The notes under the pieces are model-generated. The model was not told where the DNA came from. It did no database searches and saw only the letters and a list, made by a program, of their open reading frames with translations. The translations under genes were made by a program, and so were the position numbers. Shown here piece by piece: positions 1 to 9,117 of a stretch of 64,000 nucleotides of DNA. This DNA is from Spirochaetia bacterium (GTDB lineage: Bacteria; Spirochaetota; Spirochaetia; SZUA-6; Bin103): NCBI GenBank assembly GCA_965203055.1, contig OZ241863.1, positions 128,001-192,000 of the forward strand, given 5' to 3'. Each line of letters begins with the position of its first letter. Position 1 is the stretch's first letter.

Positions 1-8
1 GCCACGGG

Positions 9-821
9 TCAGCGGTCGACCGGATCCTTGAGGCGAACCATGATGCGTTGCCGGAGGCGGTCCCGCTTCACCTCGAAGGCGTCGTTGCGCGCGGCGATGA
101 TCTTGACCAGCTTGGAGGAGCCGTAGGTGCGCGGGTCGAACGCCGGGTCCAGCTTCTTGAGGTTGTTGGCGATCTTGCGCAGGTCGACCCACGCCGACTC
201 CTGATCCACCATCTCATGGGCCTCGGTGACGATGGAGATCAGGTCGGCGTCGACGCTGGCATCCTCGATCCCCATACTGCCGTTCGGACCCGGATCGCCG
301 GCCGCCGGCTCGGGAGTCGCGCCGGCCGGGTTGTCGCGCCGCCGCGGCCGCCGGCGCCGGTCGCCCTCGTAGCTCTTCATGATGTTCTCGACGTAGCGAA
401 ACTCGTTGCAGGCGTTGACGAACGGCTTCGGGGTATGGTGCTTGCCGATCCCGACCACCTCCATTCCCGCCTCCCGCAGACGAATCGCCAGCTTGGTATA
501 GTCGCTGTCGCTGGAGACGATCACGAATCCGCCGACGTGATCGCTGTAGAGGATATCCATGGCGTCGATGATCATCGCCGAGTCGGTGGCGTTCTTGCCG
601 ACCGTGTTGCGGAACTGCTGGATCGGCTGAATGGCGTGTACCGGGAGCTTCTTCTTCCACGAGTCGAGCTGCGGCGTGGTCCAGTCGCCGTAGATCCGGC
701 GAATGGTGACCACACCGAACTTCACGACTTCCTTCATGACGTGTTCGATTTGCGAAGCCTGCGCGTTGTCGCCGTCGATCAGGACGGCCAGACGGCGCTC
801 GGCGCTAATGGTTGGACTCAT
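9..821 (-). CDS. NYN (PIN-like/DUF88) domain protein with C-terminal OST-HTH/LOTUS domain, putative RNase
   Basis: Motifs LIDGDN, RIYGDW, GKNATDSAMIIDAMD and VSSDSDY; C-terminal FDPRTYGSSKL (OST-HTH). Confidence 0.9.
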   Translation of the reverse strand: MSPTISAERRLAVLIDGDNAQASQIEHVMKEVVKFGVVTIRRIYGDWTTPQLDSWKKKLPVHAIQPIQQFRNTVGKNATDSAMIIDAMDILYSDHVGGFVIVSSDSDYTKLAIRLREAGMEVVGIGKHHTPKPFVNACNEFRYVENIMKSYEGDRRRRPRRRDNPAGATPEPAAGDPGPNGSMGIEDASVDADLISIVTEAHEMVDQESAWVDLRKIANNLKKLDPAFDPRTYGSSKLVKIIAARNDAFEVKRDRLRQRIMVRLKDPVDR

Positions 822-1452
822 ATGAGGTTCCTCGAGGTGTTGGTATTGGTATGTGGTGACCGGCGGCCGGGCGCGCAGCCGCGGTCAGCTCGGCGAAGCG
901 GAAGCAGTCGATCAGGTGGTCGTTGACCACTCCCACCGCCTGCAGATGGGAGTACACGATGATGGGTCCCACGAAGCGAAAGCCGCGCGCTCGCAGGTCT
1001 CGGCTCACCCGCCGCGACAGTTCGGTTGCGGCCGGAACGTCGCCGGCGGCGCGCCACCCGCCCACCACGGGTTGGCCGTCGACGAAGCGCCACAGATAGG
1101 AGCAGAAGCTGCCGAACTGCTCCTGCACGGCGAGAAAGGCGCGCGCGTTGTCGATCGACGCCGCCACTTTCAGCCGGTTGCGCACGATGGCCGGGTTGGC
1201 GAGCAGCGCCGCCTGCTCGGCCGCGCCGTAACGCGCCACCCTGGCTACCTCGAAATCCTGGTAGGCGCGCCGATATCCGGCGCGCTTATGCAGGATGGTG
1301 CGCCAACTCAACCCCGCCTGCGCCCCTTCCAGCACCAGAAACTCGAACTGCAGGCGGTCGTCCTCCCACACCGGCGTACCCCATTCGGCGTCGTGGTAGG
1401 CGCGCATCGACTCGTCTCCGGCGCACCAGTCGCAACGGCGGCGCCCGCCCAT
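805..1452 (-). CDS. tag: DNA-3-methyladenine glycosylase I
   Basis: Motifs RCDW, YHDAEWG, LEGAQAGLSW, IVRNRLKV and VNDHLIDC. Confidence 0.95.
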   Translation of the reverse strand: MGGRRRCDWCAGDESMRAYHDAEWGTPVWEDDRLQFEFLVLEGAQAGLSWRTILHKRAGYRRAYQDFEVARVARYGAAEQAALLANPAIVRNRLKVAASIDNARAFLAVQEQFGSFCSYLWRFVDGQPVVGGWRAAGDVPAATELSRRVSRDLRARGFRFVGPIIVYSHLQAVGVVNDHLIDCFRFAELTAAARPAAGHHIPIPTPRGTSYESNH

Positions 1453-2225
1453 CAGCCGGCGCCCCCCTCACGGTCGCCGGCCGCGGCATGGCGGTTGATC
1501 AGCTCCGTGTTCACCGTACCCGCGGCGCGATCGATGAACGCCGCCAGCGCGGCCACGCGGTGGTCGCGATCGAGCAGGTCCCACAGTTCCCGCACCGCCT
1601 GCCGCGGGGTGGCGCCGAGCGGCAGGAGAAACGGCTCGCCGGCGAACGGCGGCAGCGGCGCGCCGTCGCCCTCGTAGGTAGTGATGCAGTGCCCCCAACC
1701 GGGACGCGGGCTGCGGTAGGTGAAGTGCTGGAAGCTCACCTGCCGCGGGTCGCCGGCGACGGTCTTGATGATGGCCAGTTGATAGCCCCCGCGGCCGCCG
1801 GCGGCAACCACGCCCGCAATGCGCGGCGTGTAGTGGGGCGGGTCCGGCTCCACGTCCCGGCGCGCGAAGGCGGCGGCGAAGGAGTCGCCGGCCGTCATCC
1901 CGGCGGCGATGGTCTCCGTATGGTCGCCGTTGCCGACCACGTGCGCGGCGCGGCCGGCCTGCGCGGTACGGGCGACCGCAGTCGCCCGATACAGAATGAG
2001 GCTGTCGCCGCCGTCCTGCGGCGCCGCGCCGGCCGCCGCCACGACCCGCACCGCGCCGCCGCGGTCCCGGACGAAGCGCCGGTTCCGGCTGCGGTCGCTG
2101 CGCCCCATGATCCAATATAGCTGCACGCCGGCGGCCCCGTCCGCGCTGCAGCCGACCACGAGGCCGCGCCCGGGATAGGCGGTCCGCGCCAGCCAGGCGC
2201 GGTCTTTGCCTACCCCGGCTAGCAT
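1452..2225 (-). CDS. IMP cyclohydrolase-like protein (PurO-like fold)
   Basis: Motifs YPGRG, YWIMGRSDRSRNRRF, GNGDHT and EPDPPHYTPRI; start trimmed to ATG 2225 to avoid overlap with folC. Confidence 0.8.
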   Translation of the reverse strand: MLAGVGKDRAWLARTAYPGRGLVVGCSADGAAGVQLYWIMGRSDRSRNRRFVRDRGGAVRVVAAAGAAPQDGGDSLILYRATAVARTAQAGRAAHVVGNGDHTETIAAGMTAGDSFAAAFARRDVEPDPPHYTPRIAGVVAAGGRGGYQLAIIKTVAGDPRQVSFQHFTYRSPRPGWGHCITTYEGDGAPLPPFAGEPFLLPLGATPRQAVRELWDLLDRDHRVAALAAFIDRAAGTVNTELINRHAAAGDREGGAG

Positions 2226-2299
2226 GGCGCACTCGCCCGCGGGCGCGGGCGCCAGCGGCCCGCCTTTACATGGGATTGGGGAGCGGTTACCGTCGCGCC

Positions 2300-3676
2300 G
2301 TGAGCGAGCACGGCGCCTTCGAGGCGGCCGCCGAACGCCTGCTGAGCCTGACCGACCTGCGCCGCGGCAGCGCTCAGGGCGACCGCCGGCGCTACCGCGC
2401 GCCGCGCATGCGCGCCTTGCTGGAACGGTTGGGGAACCCTCACCTGGCGGTTCCCACCATCCACGTCGCCGGCACCAACGGCAAGGGCACCACCGCGGCA
2501 ATGCTCGCCTCGATTCTGAGCAGCGCGGGCCTGCGCGCCGGCCTGTTCACCTCGCCCCATCTTCACTCCCTGGTGGAACGCATCCGGGTAGGCATGAGTC
2601 CCATCAGCCGCGCGCAGTTCGCCGCCCGGTTCGCCCAGGTCTGGCCCGCGGCGCAAGCGGTCGCCCGCTACTCCGGGTTGCCCGGCCCGGCGGCCCAGGT
2701 CACTACGCTCGAACTGTTGACGGCGATGGGGTTGCATCACTTCCGTGAGGTAGGGGCGGCGTACCAAGTCATCGAGGCGTTCGTCGGCGGCCGCGACGAC
2801 ACTACCAATATAGTGCAGCCGGTACTGTCCGTAATCACCAACATCAGCCGCGATCACGTCCCGGCGCTCGGCCGCACGCTGGTCGATATCGCCCGCGCCA
2901 AGGCCGGCATCATCAAACCGGGGGCGGCGGTCGTGGCGGCGCCGCAACTTCCCTCCGTGCAGGCCGAGCTGGAACGCGCGGCGCACCGCCGGGGGGCGGC
3001 GCTGGAGGCGGTTGCGAGCGTGCCGGCGCCGCCCGCCGCCAACCCGTTGGCGCAGTCGCAGCAGCACCTGCGCTGGCGGGGGCGCCATGGCGAGTACCGC
3101 GTGGCGCTGCCGTTGCGCGGTGCGGTACAGCGCGAAAACGCTGCCGTAGCCATTACCGCCGCGGAACGGTTGATCGATCTCGGCGCGCCACTGACCAGTG
3201 CGGACATCCGGCGCGGGCTGGAACGGGTCACCTGGCCGGCACGGTTCGAACTGCTGCAGCGGCAGCCGGTGCCGGTAGTGGCCGACGGCGCCCACTGCCC
3301 GCACGCCATGGCGCGGCTGGTGGCCGAGCTGCGGCTGGTGCGGCCGCGGCCGCGGCTGCACGCGCTGGTCGGCGGCCAGCAGGGTCACGACGCCGGCGCA
3401 ACGCTGCGCCTCCTGCACCCGCTCGCGGACTCGGTCACCGCGGTCCGCTCGCGCCACCCGCGCGCCCTGCCGGCCGCCGAGCTGGCGGCCGCGCTGCAGG
3501 CGGCAGGCATCGCCGCGCGGGCCAGCGAACTCCCGGTAGCGGACACCCTGCGGGAGTTGCTGGCCGCGGCCGCCGGCACCGACCTGGTGCTTGCCACCGG
3601 CTCACTGGCGGTCGCCGCGGAAGCGCGTGAGGCGCTCTTCCCGGCGATCGCCGCCGATCGCTATCCCGCGGCCTGA
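2300..3676 (+). CDS. folC: Folylpolyglutamate synthase/dihydrofolate synthase
   Basis: Motifs IHVAGTNGKGTT, FTSPHL, GGRDDTTN, WPARFE and DGAH; GTG 2300 chosen (TACCGT 6 nt upstream), ATG 2270 is an alternative. Confidence 0.92.
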   Translation: MSEHGAFEAAAERLLSLTDLRRGSAQGDRRRYRAPRMRALLERLGNPHLAVPTIHVAGTNGKGTTAAMLASILSSAGLRAGLFTSPHLHSLVERIRVGMSPISRAQFAARFAQVWPAAQAVARYSGLPGPAAQVTTLELLTAMGLHHFREVGAAYQVIEAFVGGRDDTTNIVQPVLSVITNISRDHVPALGRTLVDIARAKAGIIKPGAAVVAAPQLPSVQAELERAAHRRGAALEAVASVPAPPAANPLAQSQQHLRWRGRHGEYRVALPLRGAVQRENAAVAITAAERLIDLGAPLTSADIRRGLERVTWPARFELLQRQPVPVVADGAHCPHAMARLVAELRLVRPRPRLHALVGGQQGHDAGATLRLLHPLADSVTAVRSRHPRALPAAELAAALQAAGIAARASELPVADTLRELLAAAAGTDLVLATGSLAVAAEAREALFPAIAADRYPAA

Positions 3677-3702
3677 AGGAACCTGGCGCCCGGCAGTCCG
3701 GC

Positions 3703-3882
3703 TCAGATTATGTCGGTGTCACGCACCGTCTTGCGCTTCGCCTTGCGGGCGTTCTCCACGGCCTCGTCACACACCTTGCGTACTTTCTCCGACAGCGCCT
3801 CGGCCACCGAGGCCGCCGTGTTCATTCCCGCGTCTTTGATGTAGCTCTTGACCTTGGAAGTAACTATCAAGATTTCTGCCAT
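3703..3882 (-). CDS. Bacterial histone (histone-fold singlet, Bd0055/HMf-like), 59 aa
   Basis: MAEILIVTSKVKSYIKDAGMNTAASVAEALSEKVRKVCDEAVENARKAKRKTVRDTDII carries the V-x-SKVK helix-1 start, MNT loop and RKTVxxxD L2 signature; AAGGAG Shine-Dalgarno just upstream of ATG 3882. Confidence 0.9.
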   Translation of the reverse strand: MAEILIVTSKVKSYIKDAGMNTAASVAEALSEKVRKVCDEAVENARKAKRKTVRDTDII

Positions 3883-3922
3883 GCTGTGAGCTCCTTGTGC
3901 TGGATGGATAGTGTCAGGAACC

Positions 3923-3959
3923 GACGCGCGAACCATACCCGAAAGGCAAGGCGCGCGTC
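3923..3959 (-). promoter_or_regulatory. Inverted repeat/hairpin upstream of the histone gene, overlapping a possible promoter
   Basis: GACGCGCG (3923-3930) and CGCGCGTC (3952-3959) form a perfect 8-bp stem with further inner pairing; TATGGT (-10-like) lies inside on the minus strand. Confidence 0.35.
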
Positions 3960-4012
3960 ACCGGTCCTGCTGCGCTTGTTGCGCTTTGCGCGGGCGTGCT
4001 TGCCAAGCCAAC

Positions 4013-4840
4013 TCACGCTCCCGGCACGCGGCCCAAGCGCGCCCCGCAGCGCCGGCAGAAGGCGGCATCCAGCTCGTGGCCCCGGCGGCCGCAGGCCGGA
4101 CAGCGCCGGCGGTTGCGGGCATGGATGGTCTCGGACACCACCTCGGCGGTGACCAGTCCGGTGGGTACGGCGATGATACCGTAGCCCATGATCATGATCA
4201 CCGCGGCGATGCTCTGGCCCAGCCCGGTGCGCGGCGTGACATTCCCGTAGCCCACCGTAGTGAGGGTCACGATGGTCCAATACATGCTTTGCGGGATGCT
4301 GGTAAAGCCGTTCTCCTCGCCCTCGACCACGTAGATCAGCGAGCCCAGGATCACCGCAATGATCAACACGCTGAACAGGAACACCGTGATCTTGCGCCGA
4401 CTGGCGCGCAGCGCGCCCAGGATCACCGCGGCTTCCGCCATGTAGGGAACCAGCTTCAGAACCCGAAACACGCGCAGCACGCGCAGGAGCCGCAACACTG
4501 CCAGGTAATGGGTTCCGGGCAGCACCAGTGCGAGGAACGCCGGCAGCACCGCCAGCAGGTCGATGATCCCGAAGAAGCTCGCCGCATAGCGCTGCGGCTG
4601 GCGAACCGCGGTCAGACGCAGCAGATATTCGACCAGGAACACGCCGGTGAACACCCACTCGGCCGCTCGCAAAGCCGAAATCCAGTTCGCGGTTGCGGCG
4701 GAACTCTCGGCCAGCACCACCGCGACGCTGGCGATGATGACGGCAATCAGGACCACGTCGAAGGTGCGGCCGGCGCGGGTATCGGACAGGAAGATGATGG
4801 TATGCAGCCGTTCGCGCCAGTCGGGGAACGATTGCTTCAT
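4013..4840 (-). CDS. Voltage-gated potassium channel (Ion_trans) with C-terminal zinc ribbon
   Basis: S4 LRLLRVLRVFRVLK; selectivity filter TTVGYG; CPAC...CRRC. Confidence 0.93.
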   Translation of the reverse strand: MKQSFPDWRERLHTIIFLSDTRAGRTFDVVLIAVIIASVAVVLAESSAATANWISALRAAEWVFTGVFLVEYLLRLTAVRQPQRYAASFFGIIDLLAVLPAFLALVLPGTHYLAVLRLLRVLRVFRVLKLVPYMAEAAVILGALRASRRKITVFLFSVLIIAVILGSLIYVVEGEENGFTSIPQSMYWTIVTLTTVGYGNVTPRTGLGQSIAAVIMIMGYGIIAVPTGLVTAEVVSETIHARNRRRCPACGRRGHELDAAFCRRCGARLGRVPGA

Positions 4841-4938
4841 CGCGCTGCCGCCGCGTGCCGATTCGCCGCCGCGCGCCGGCGGAGGCGCGCGAGGACGACG
4901 GTTGTGTGGCAGTCAGGGTCGAGGGTGCGCAGGAGGCG

Positions 4939-6396
4939 TCAGGCCGTGGCGCGCTGCGCCGCCGGCAGCTCGAGGAAGCCATCCTCGATCTGACCTCCCA
5001 GGCTGCGGAGCTTGGTCAATACCGCCTGGTAGCCGCGTTCGATGTTGCCGACTTCGGTAAGCGTGCTCTCCCCGTCCGCCACCAGCGCGGCCAGCAGATA
5101 GGCGAAGCCGGCGCGCAGATCGGGCACTTCCAGCTCGCACGCCTGCAGCGAGGTCGGGCCTGAAATCAGCGCGCTGTGCTCGCAGCCGCGGTTGTGGAAG
5201 CGGCACCGCCGGGGGCCGAGGCACGCGGTGTGCAGCTCGATCGCGGCACCCATCTCGCCAAGTGCGGCGACGTAGCCGAGGCGGTGTTCGTAGACGGTCT
5301 CATGGACGGTGGAGACGCCGTCCGCCTGGGTCAGCAGGACCACCAGCGGCGGTTGCCAGTCGGTCATGAACCCAGGATGCGGGGCGGTCTCCATCAGCAC
5401 CGGGCGCGGCGTGCGCGGACCGCGGAAGCGGATGCCGCCGGGCTCCACGTCGCAGCAGCCGCCGGCGGCGCGCAGCGTGGTCAGGAAGGCGCTCAGGTGC
5501 GCGGGCTCCGCGCCGTGCACGAATACGTCGCCGCGCGTGGCGACCGCCGCGGCGGCGTAGGAGGCGGCCTCCAGCCGGTCGCCGATGACCCGGTGACGGG
5601 CGCCGTGGAAGCGCGCTACCCCATCGATCACCCAGGTACGCCCGCGCCGGCGCCGGATGCGCGCGCCCAGCGCCCGCAAGAAGCCGACCAGGTTGCAGAT
5701 CTCCGGCTCGATGGCCGCGTTGCGGATTATCGTTTGCCCGTCGGCGCCGGCTGCCGCCAACAGGAGCTGCTCGGTGGCGCCGACGCTCGGGTAGTCCAGG
5801 CGGATGGCGGCGCCGCGCAGCGCGCTGCAGCGCACGCGGGTAATGCCGTCGTCCCGTTCGATCTCGGCACCCAGGCTGCGCAGCCCCGCGAGGTGGTAGT
5901 CGATCGGCCGGCGGCCGATGGCGTCGCCGCCGATCGACGCGATCTGGGCGCGCCCGAGACGCCGCAACAGCACTGCCAGGAAGATCACGCAGCAGCGATG
6001 CTCCGGGCTCACGTCCGCAGGAATGCGCCAATCGGTGATCGTGGACGGGTCTATCTCCAGGGTGGCTTCGCCAAGCCAGCGCCAGCGCACGCCGAGGGCG
6101 GAACAGATGCGCAGCGTCAACTCCACCTCGCCGATACGCGGCACGTTGTCCAGCACGCTCGGCTCCTCCGCCAGCAATGCGGCAATGATCAGCTTGGGGG
6201 CCGCGTTCTTCGCGCCGGCGACGTGGATCTCGCCGCGCAGCGGACGCCCGCCGCTGACGCTGTAGAAGCGCTCCCCCCGCGCCGGCGGCGCGGGCACGGC
6301 GCGCCCGGCAATGGCGACGTGGCGGCGCTCGGGCAACGCCGGCCCAGCCACCGCGGCAACGGGTTCGCCCGGATCAGAGTAACGGTATGCGCGCAC
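4939..6396 (-). CDS. murA: UDP-N-acetylglucosamine 1-carboxyvinyltransferase, Asp-type active site
   Basis: Motifs GAKNA, GGDAIGRRPIDYH, SVGATE, NAAIEPE, HPGFMTDWQ, DLRAG and IERGY; start uncertain, though GTG 6396 has a GGGGAGG SD. Confidence 0.92.
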   Translation of the reverse strand: MRAYRYSDPGEPVAAVAGPALPERRHVAIAGRAVPAPPARGERFYSVSGGRPLRGEIHVAGAKNAAPKLIIAALLAEEPSVLDNVPRIGEVELTLRICSALGVRWRWLGEATLEIDPSTITDWRIPADVSPEHRCCVIFLAVLLRRLGRAQIASIGGDAIGRRPIDYHLAGLRSLGAEIERDDGITRVRCSALRGAAIRLDYPSVGATEQLLLAAAGADGQTIIRNAAIEPEICNLVGFLRALGARIRRRRGRTWVIDGVARFHGARHRVIGDRLEAASYAAAAVATRGDVFVHGAEPAHLSAFLTTLRAAGGCCDVEPGGIRFRGPRTPRPVLMETAPHPGFMTDWQPPLVVLLTQADGVSTVHETVYEHRLGYVAALGEMGAAIELHTACLGPRRCRFHNRGCEHSALISGPTSLQACELEVPDLRAGFAYLLAALVADGESTLTEVGNIERGYQAVLTKLRSLGGQIEDGFLELPAAQRATA

Positions 6397-6485
6397 GGCC
6401 CCTCCCCAGCGCTAAAGCTCTCTAGCCGCTTTCTCTAATGTTCGGCTGAGGAGGGTGGCGGGCTAAGCGAAATGGCGGGGACGGG

Positions 6486-6737
6486 TCAGGATTGCCGGAT
6501 GCCGTAGCGGCGGCGGAACTTCTCGATCCGGCCGGCGCTGTCCACCAGGGTCTGCTTGCCGGTGTAGAACGGGTGCGAGGCGCTCGATATTTCGATGTTG
6601 ATCAACGGGTACTCGTTGCCGTCCTGCCACGTGATCCGTTCTCTCGAGGAACAGGTGGACCGGCTCAGGAAGGCAAAATCGGAGGAGGTGTCCTTGAACA
6701 CCACGAACCCGTACTTCGGATGGATCTCATTCTGCAT
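6486..6737 (-). CDS. rpmE2: 50S ribosomal protein L31 type B (zinc-free)
   Basis: [22 protein letters not shown] and [10 protein letters not shown]; no CxxC zinc motifs. Confidence 0.95.
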   Translation of the reverse strand: MQNEIHPKYGFVVFKDTSSDFAFLSRSTCSSRERITWQDGNEYPLINIEISSASHPFYTGKQTLVDSAGRIEKFRRRYGIRQS

Positions 6738-6773
6738 GGGCGAAGCCTCTCTCAGGGTGCGCCGGAGGCCGCG

Positions 6774-7235
6774 CTAACCGCTCTCCGGCTGCCGCATAGT
6801 ATACCAAACGCCGCGCCCGAGGGACAGCTTCTTGGTATTCGGGATCTCGGGGGTGGTGCCCTTGCGGTACCCCCAGAACCGCTCGATCACTTCTTCCGAG
6901 AAGTCGATCTGAGTCATCTGCTGCAGCTCTTCGATCTGTTCCCACGACGCCTTCCTGGACTTCTGCTGCGCAGGAGTCATCTCGCGGATTTCTTCCTCGT
7001 ACTGCTCGATCAGGGAATCGATCATCTCCGCCAGCTCCTCCTTGCCGACGCGCGGCGCCTCGGGAGCCACCGCGGCGGTCGCGGCCGGGCTCCCCGCCGG
7101 CTCCGGGGCGTCGGCCGCCGCCTCCTCCGGGGCCGGCTCCGGGGCGGCCTCCGGCGGCGGGTCCGGCTTGCGGCGGAAGGTGCGGTAGAGGACGTAGACG
7201 GCGACTACGACGCCGGCCAGGAGCGCCCAGGTCAC
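6774..7235 (-). CDS. Hypothetical membrane-anchored protein
   Basis: N-terminal TM helix, Pro/Ala/Glu linker, acidic helical C-terminal region; protein-like composition. Confidence 0.7.
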   Translation of the reverse strand: MTWALLAGVVVAVYVLYRTFRRKPDPPPEAAPEPAPEEAAADAPEPAGSPAATAAVAPEAPRVGKEELAEMIDSLIEQYEEEIREMTPAQQKSRKASWEQIEELQQMTQIDFSEEVIERFWGYRKGTTPEIPNTKKLSLGRGVWYTMRQPESG

Positions 7236-7417
7236 CGGCGGGCGCCCCGCGCGGCGGCGGCTTGCGGGGGCGGGCGCCGTCCGGCCCCCGCGTCAACCTC
7301 GTGATTCGTACGTGCAGGCATGTTCGGCCTCAGCATAGGAGGTTGTGGCACTGCCGACAACCTCCCGGCAGTGAGCGGCGTCGACGCGGCCGGGAGAATA
7401 GCGGTACTGTGGCCTCG

Positions 7418-8710
7418 ATGGCGGTCTCGAAGCCGCTCCACGGAGTCACGGTGCTGGACCTGACGCGCGTCCTCGCCGGGCCCTTCTGCACCATGGTGCT
7501 GCGCGACCTGGGCGCCGACGTGATCAAGGTGGAGCCGCCGGAAGGCGATGAGGCGCGCGGCTTCGGACCGTTCCTGCCGGGCGAGGAAGCCGGCAAGCGC
7601 GGCGCTTCGGCCTACTTTACCAGCCTCAACTGCGGCAAGCGCTCGGTGGTGCTGGACCTGAAGCGCGGCGGCGGGCGGACCGCGCTGGCCGAGCTGATCC
7701 GCCGCGCCGACGTCCTGGTGGAAAACTTCCGGCCCGGCACCCTGGCGCGACTCGGCTTCCCGCCGGAGCGCCTGCAGCAGCTCAACCCGCGGCTGGTGTA
7801 CGCCGCGGTCAGCGGTTTCGGCGCCACCGGCCCCGCGGCCCAGCGCCCGGCCTACGACCTGATCATCCAGGCACTGTCGGGCCTGATGTCGATCACCGGC
7901 ACCGCGCCGGACGAGGCGGCGGCGGACCCGGCGCAGGGCGGCGCGGCGCAGCGCGGGCGGCGGGTGCGCGTCGGCACCTCGATCGCCGACATCGTCAGCG
8001 GCCTGTACGCCGCCATCGGCATCGCCGCGGCCCTGGTCCGGCGCGCGCAGAGCGGACCGGGGGCGCAGCTCGACCTGGGAATGCTGGATGCCACCGTCTC
8101 GGTACTGGAAAACGCGATCGCCCGCTATCAGGTCACCGGCTCGGCGCCGGAACCGCTGGGCACGCGCCATCCCTCCATTACCCCGTTCGAGACCTATGCC
8201 ACCGCCGACGACGAGATCGTGGTGGCGGCCGGCAACGACCGCCTGTTCGCGGCCCTGTGCGCGGCGCTCGAGCGGCGCGAGCTGGTGAACGACCCGCGCT
8301 TCGCCGGCAACGCCGCCCGCAACGAGCACGCGGCGGCGCTGAAGGGGGAGTTGGAGAGCGTGTTGGCGCGCCGCTCCAGCCGTACCTGGCTGCCGCGGCT
8401 GGCCGCGGCCGGCGTCCCCGCGGCGGCGGTGAACACGGTGGCGGACCTGTTCCACGACCCGCAGCTCGCGGCGCGCGGCATGTTGCTGCCGGTGAGCGGC
8501 AGCGGCGGCCTGCTGGTTCCCGGCAGCCCGCTCAAGTTCGCCGGCAGCGCGCCGGAGCGGGCGCGGCCGCCGGCGCCGGCGCTCGGCGAGCATACCGAGC
8601 AGGTGTTGGCCGAGCTGGCCGCGGCCCGCGCACAGGGCGGGCCGGGCGGGCCGGAAGGCGCACCGCCGCAGCGCGGCGCCTCACCGGCAACGGGCGGCGG
8701 CCCAGCGTAG
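7418..8710 (+). CDS. CaiB/BaiF family CoA-transferase (family III)
   Basis: Motifs VLDLTRVLAGP, LGADVIKVE, NCGKRS, ENFRPG, YDLIIQALSG and LGEHT; start trimmed to ATG 7418. Confidence 0.93.
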   Translation: MAVSKPLHGVTVLDLTRVLAGPFCTMVLRDLGADVIKVEPPEGDEARGFGPFLPGEEAGKRGASAYFTSLNCGKRSVVLDLKRGGGRTALAELIRRADVLVENFRPGTLARLGFPPERLQQLNPRLVYAAVSGFGATGPAAQRPAYDLIIQALSGLMSITGTAPDEAAADPAQGGAAQRGRRVRVGTSIADIVSGLYAAIGIAAALVRRAQSGPGAQLDLGMLDATVSVLENAIARYQVTGSAPEPLGTRHPSITPFETYATADDEIVVAAGNDRLFAALCAALERRELVNDPRFAGNAARNEHAAALKGELESVLARRSSRTWLPRLAAAGVPAAAVNTVADLFHDPQLAARGMLLPVSGSGGLLVPGSPLKFAGSAPERARPPAPALGEHTEQVLAELAAARAQGGPGGPEGAPPQRGASPATGGGPA

Positions 8711-9091
8711 CGCGGCGGCTACCCGGTCACCGAGCAGGGCGGCCCCGTCGGCGGCGCTGACCCAACGGTACTCGTGGTGCTCCGGGCGGCCCAGCTCGGG
8801 GCTGACCGGCAGGGTCACCGCCGCCTGGCCGGTACGGCCCAGGTAGTAGCGCGCCACCTTGCCGCCGGCATACGGCGCGGTCTCGTAATAGTCGCCGCCC
8901 CACGCCAACTCCACCTGCTCGATGCCGGTCTCTTCGCGCAGTTCGCGCACGGCCGCGGCCAGCGGCTCCTCGCCGGGCGCGACCAGTCCCTTGGGAAAAT
9001 CCCAGTAGCGGTACGCGCGCAACAGCAGGAAGCGCGGGCCGGCGGCGGTGGCGCGCACCGGGACGATACCGGCGGAGAGACGCGCCGCCAT
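8681..9091 (-). CDS. Nudix hydrolase (Ap4A hydrolase-like)
   Basis: WDFPKGLVAPGEEPLAAAVRELREETG Nudix box; EHHEYRW. Confidence 0.9.
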   Translation of the reverse strand: MAARLSAGIVPVRATAAGPRFLLLRAYRYWDFPKGLVAPGEEPLAAAVRELREETGIEQVELAWGGDYYETAPYAGGKVARYYLGRTGQAAVTLPVSPELGRPEHHEYRWVSAADGAALLGDRVAAALRWAAARCR

Positions 9092-9117
9092 ATTCCGGGA
9101 TTCCGGGCCGGGGCGCG

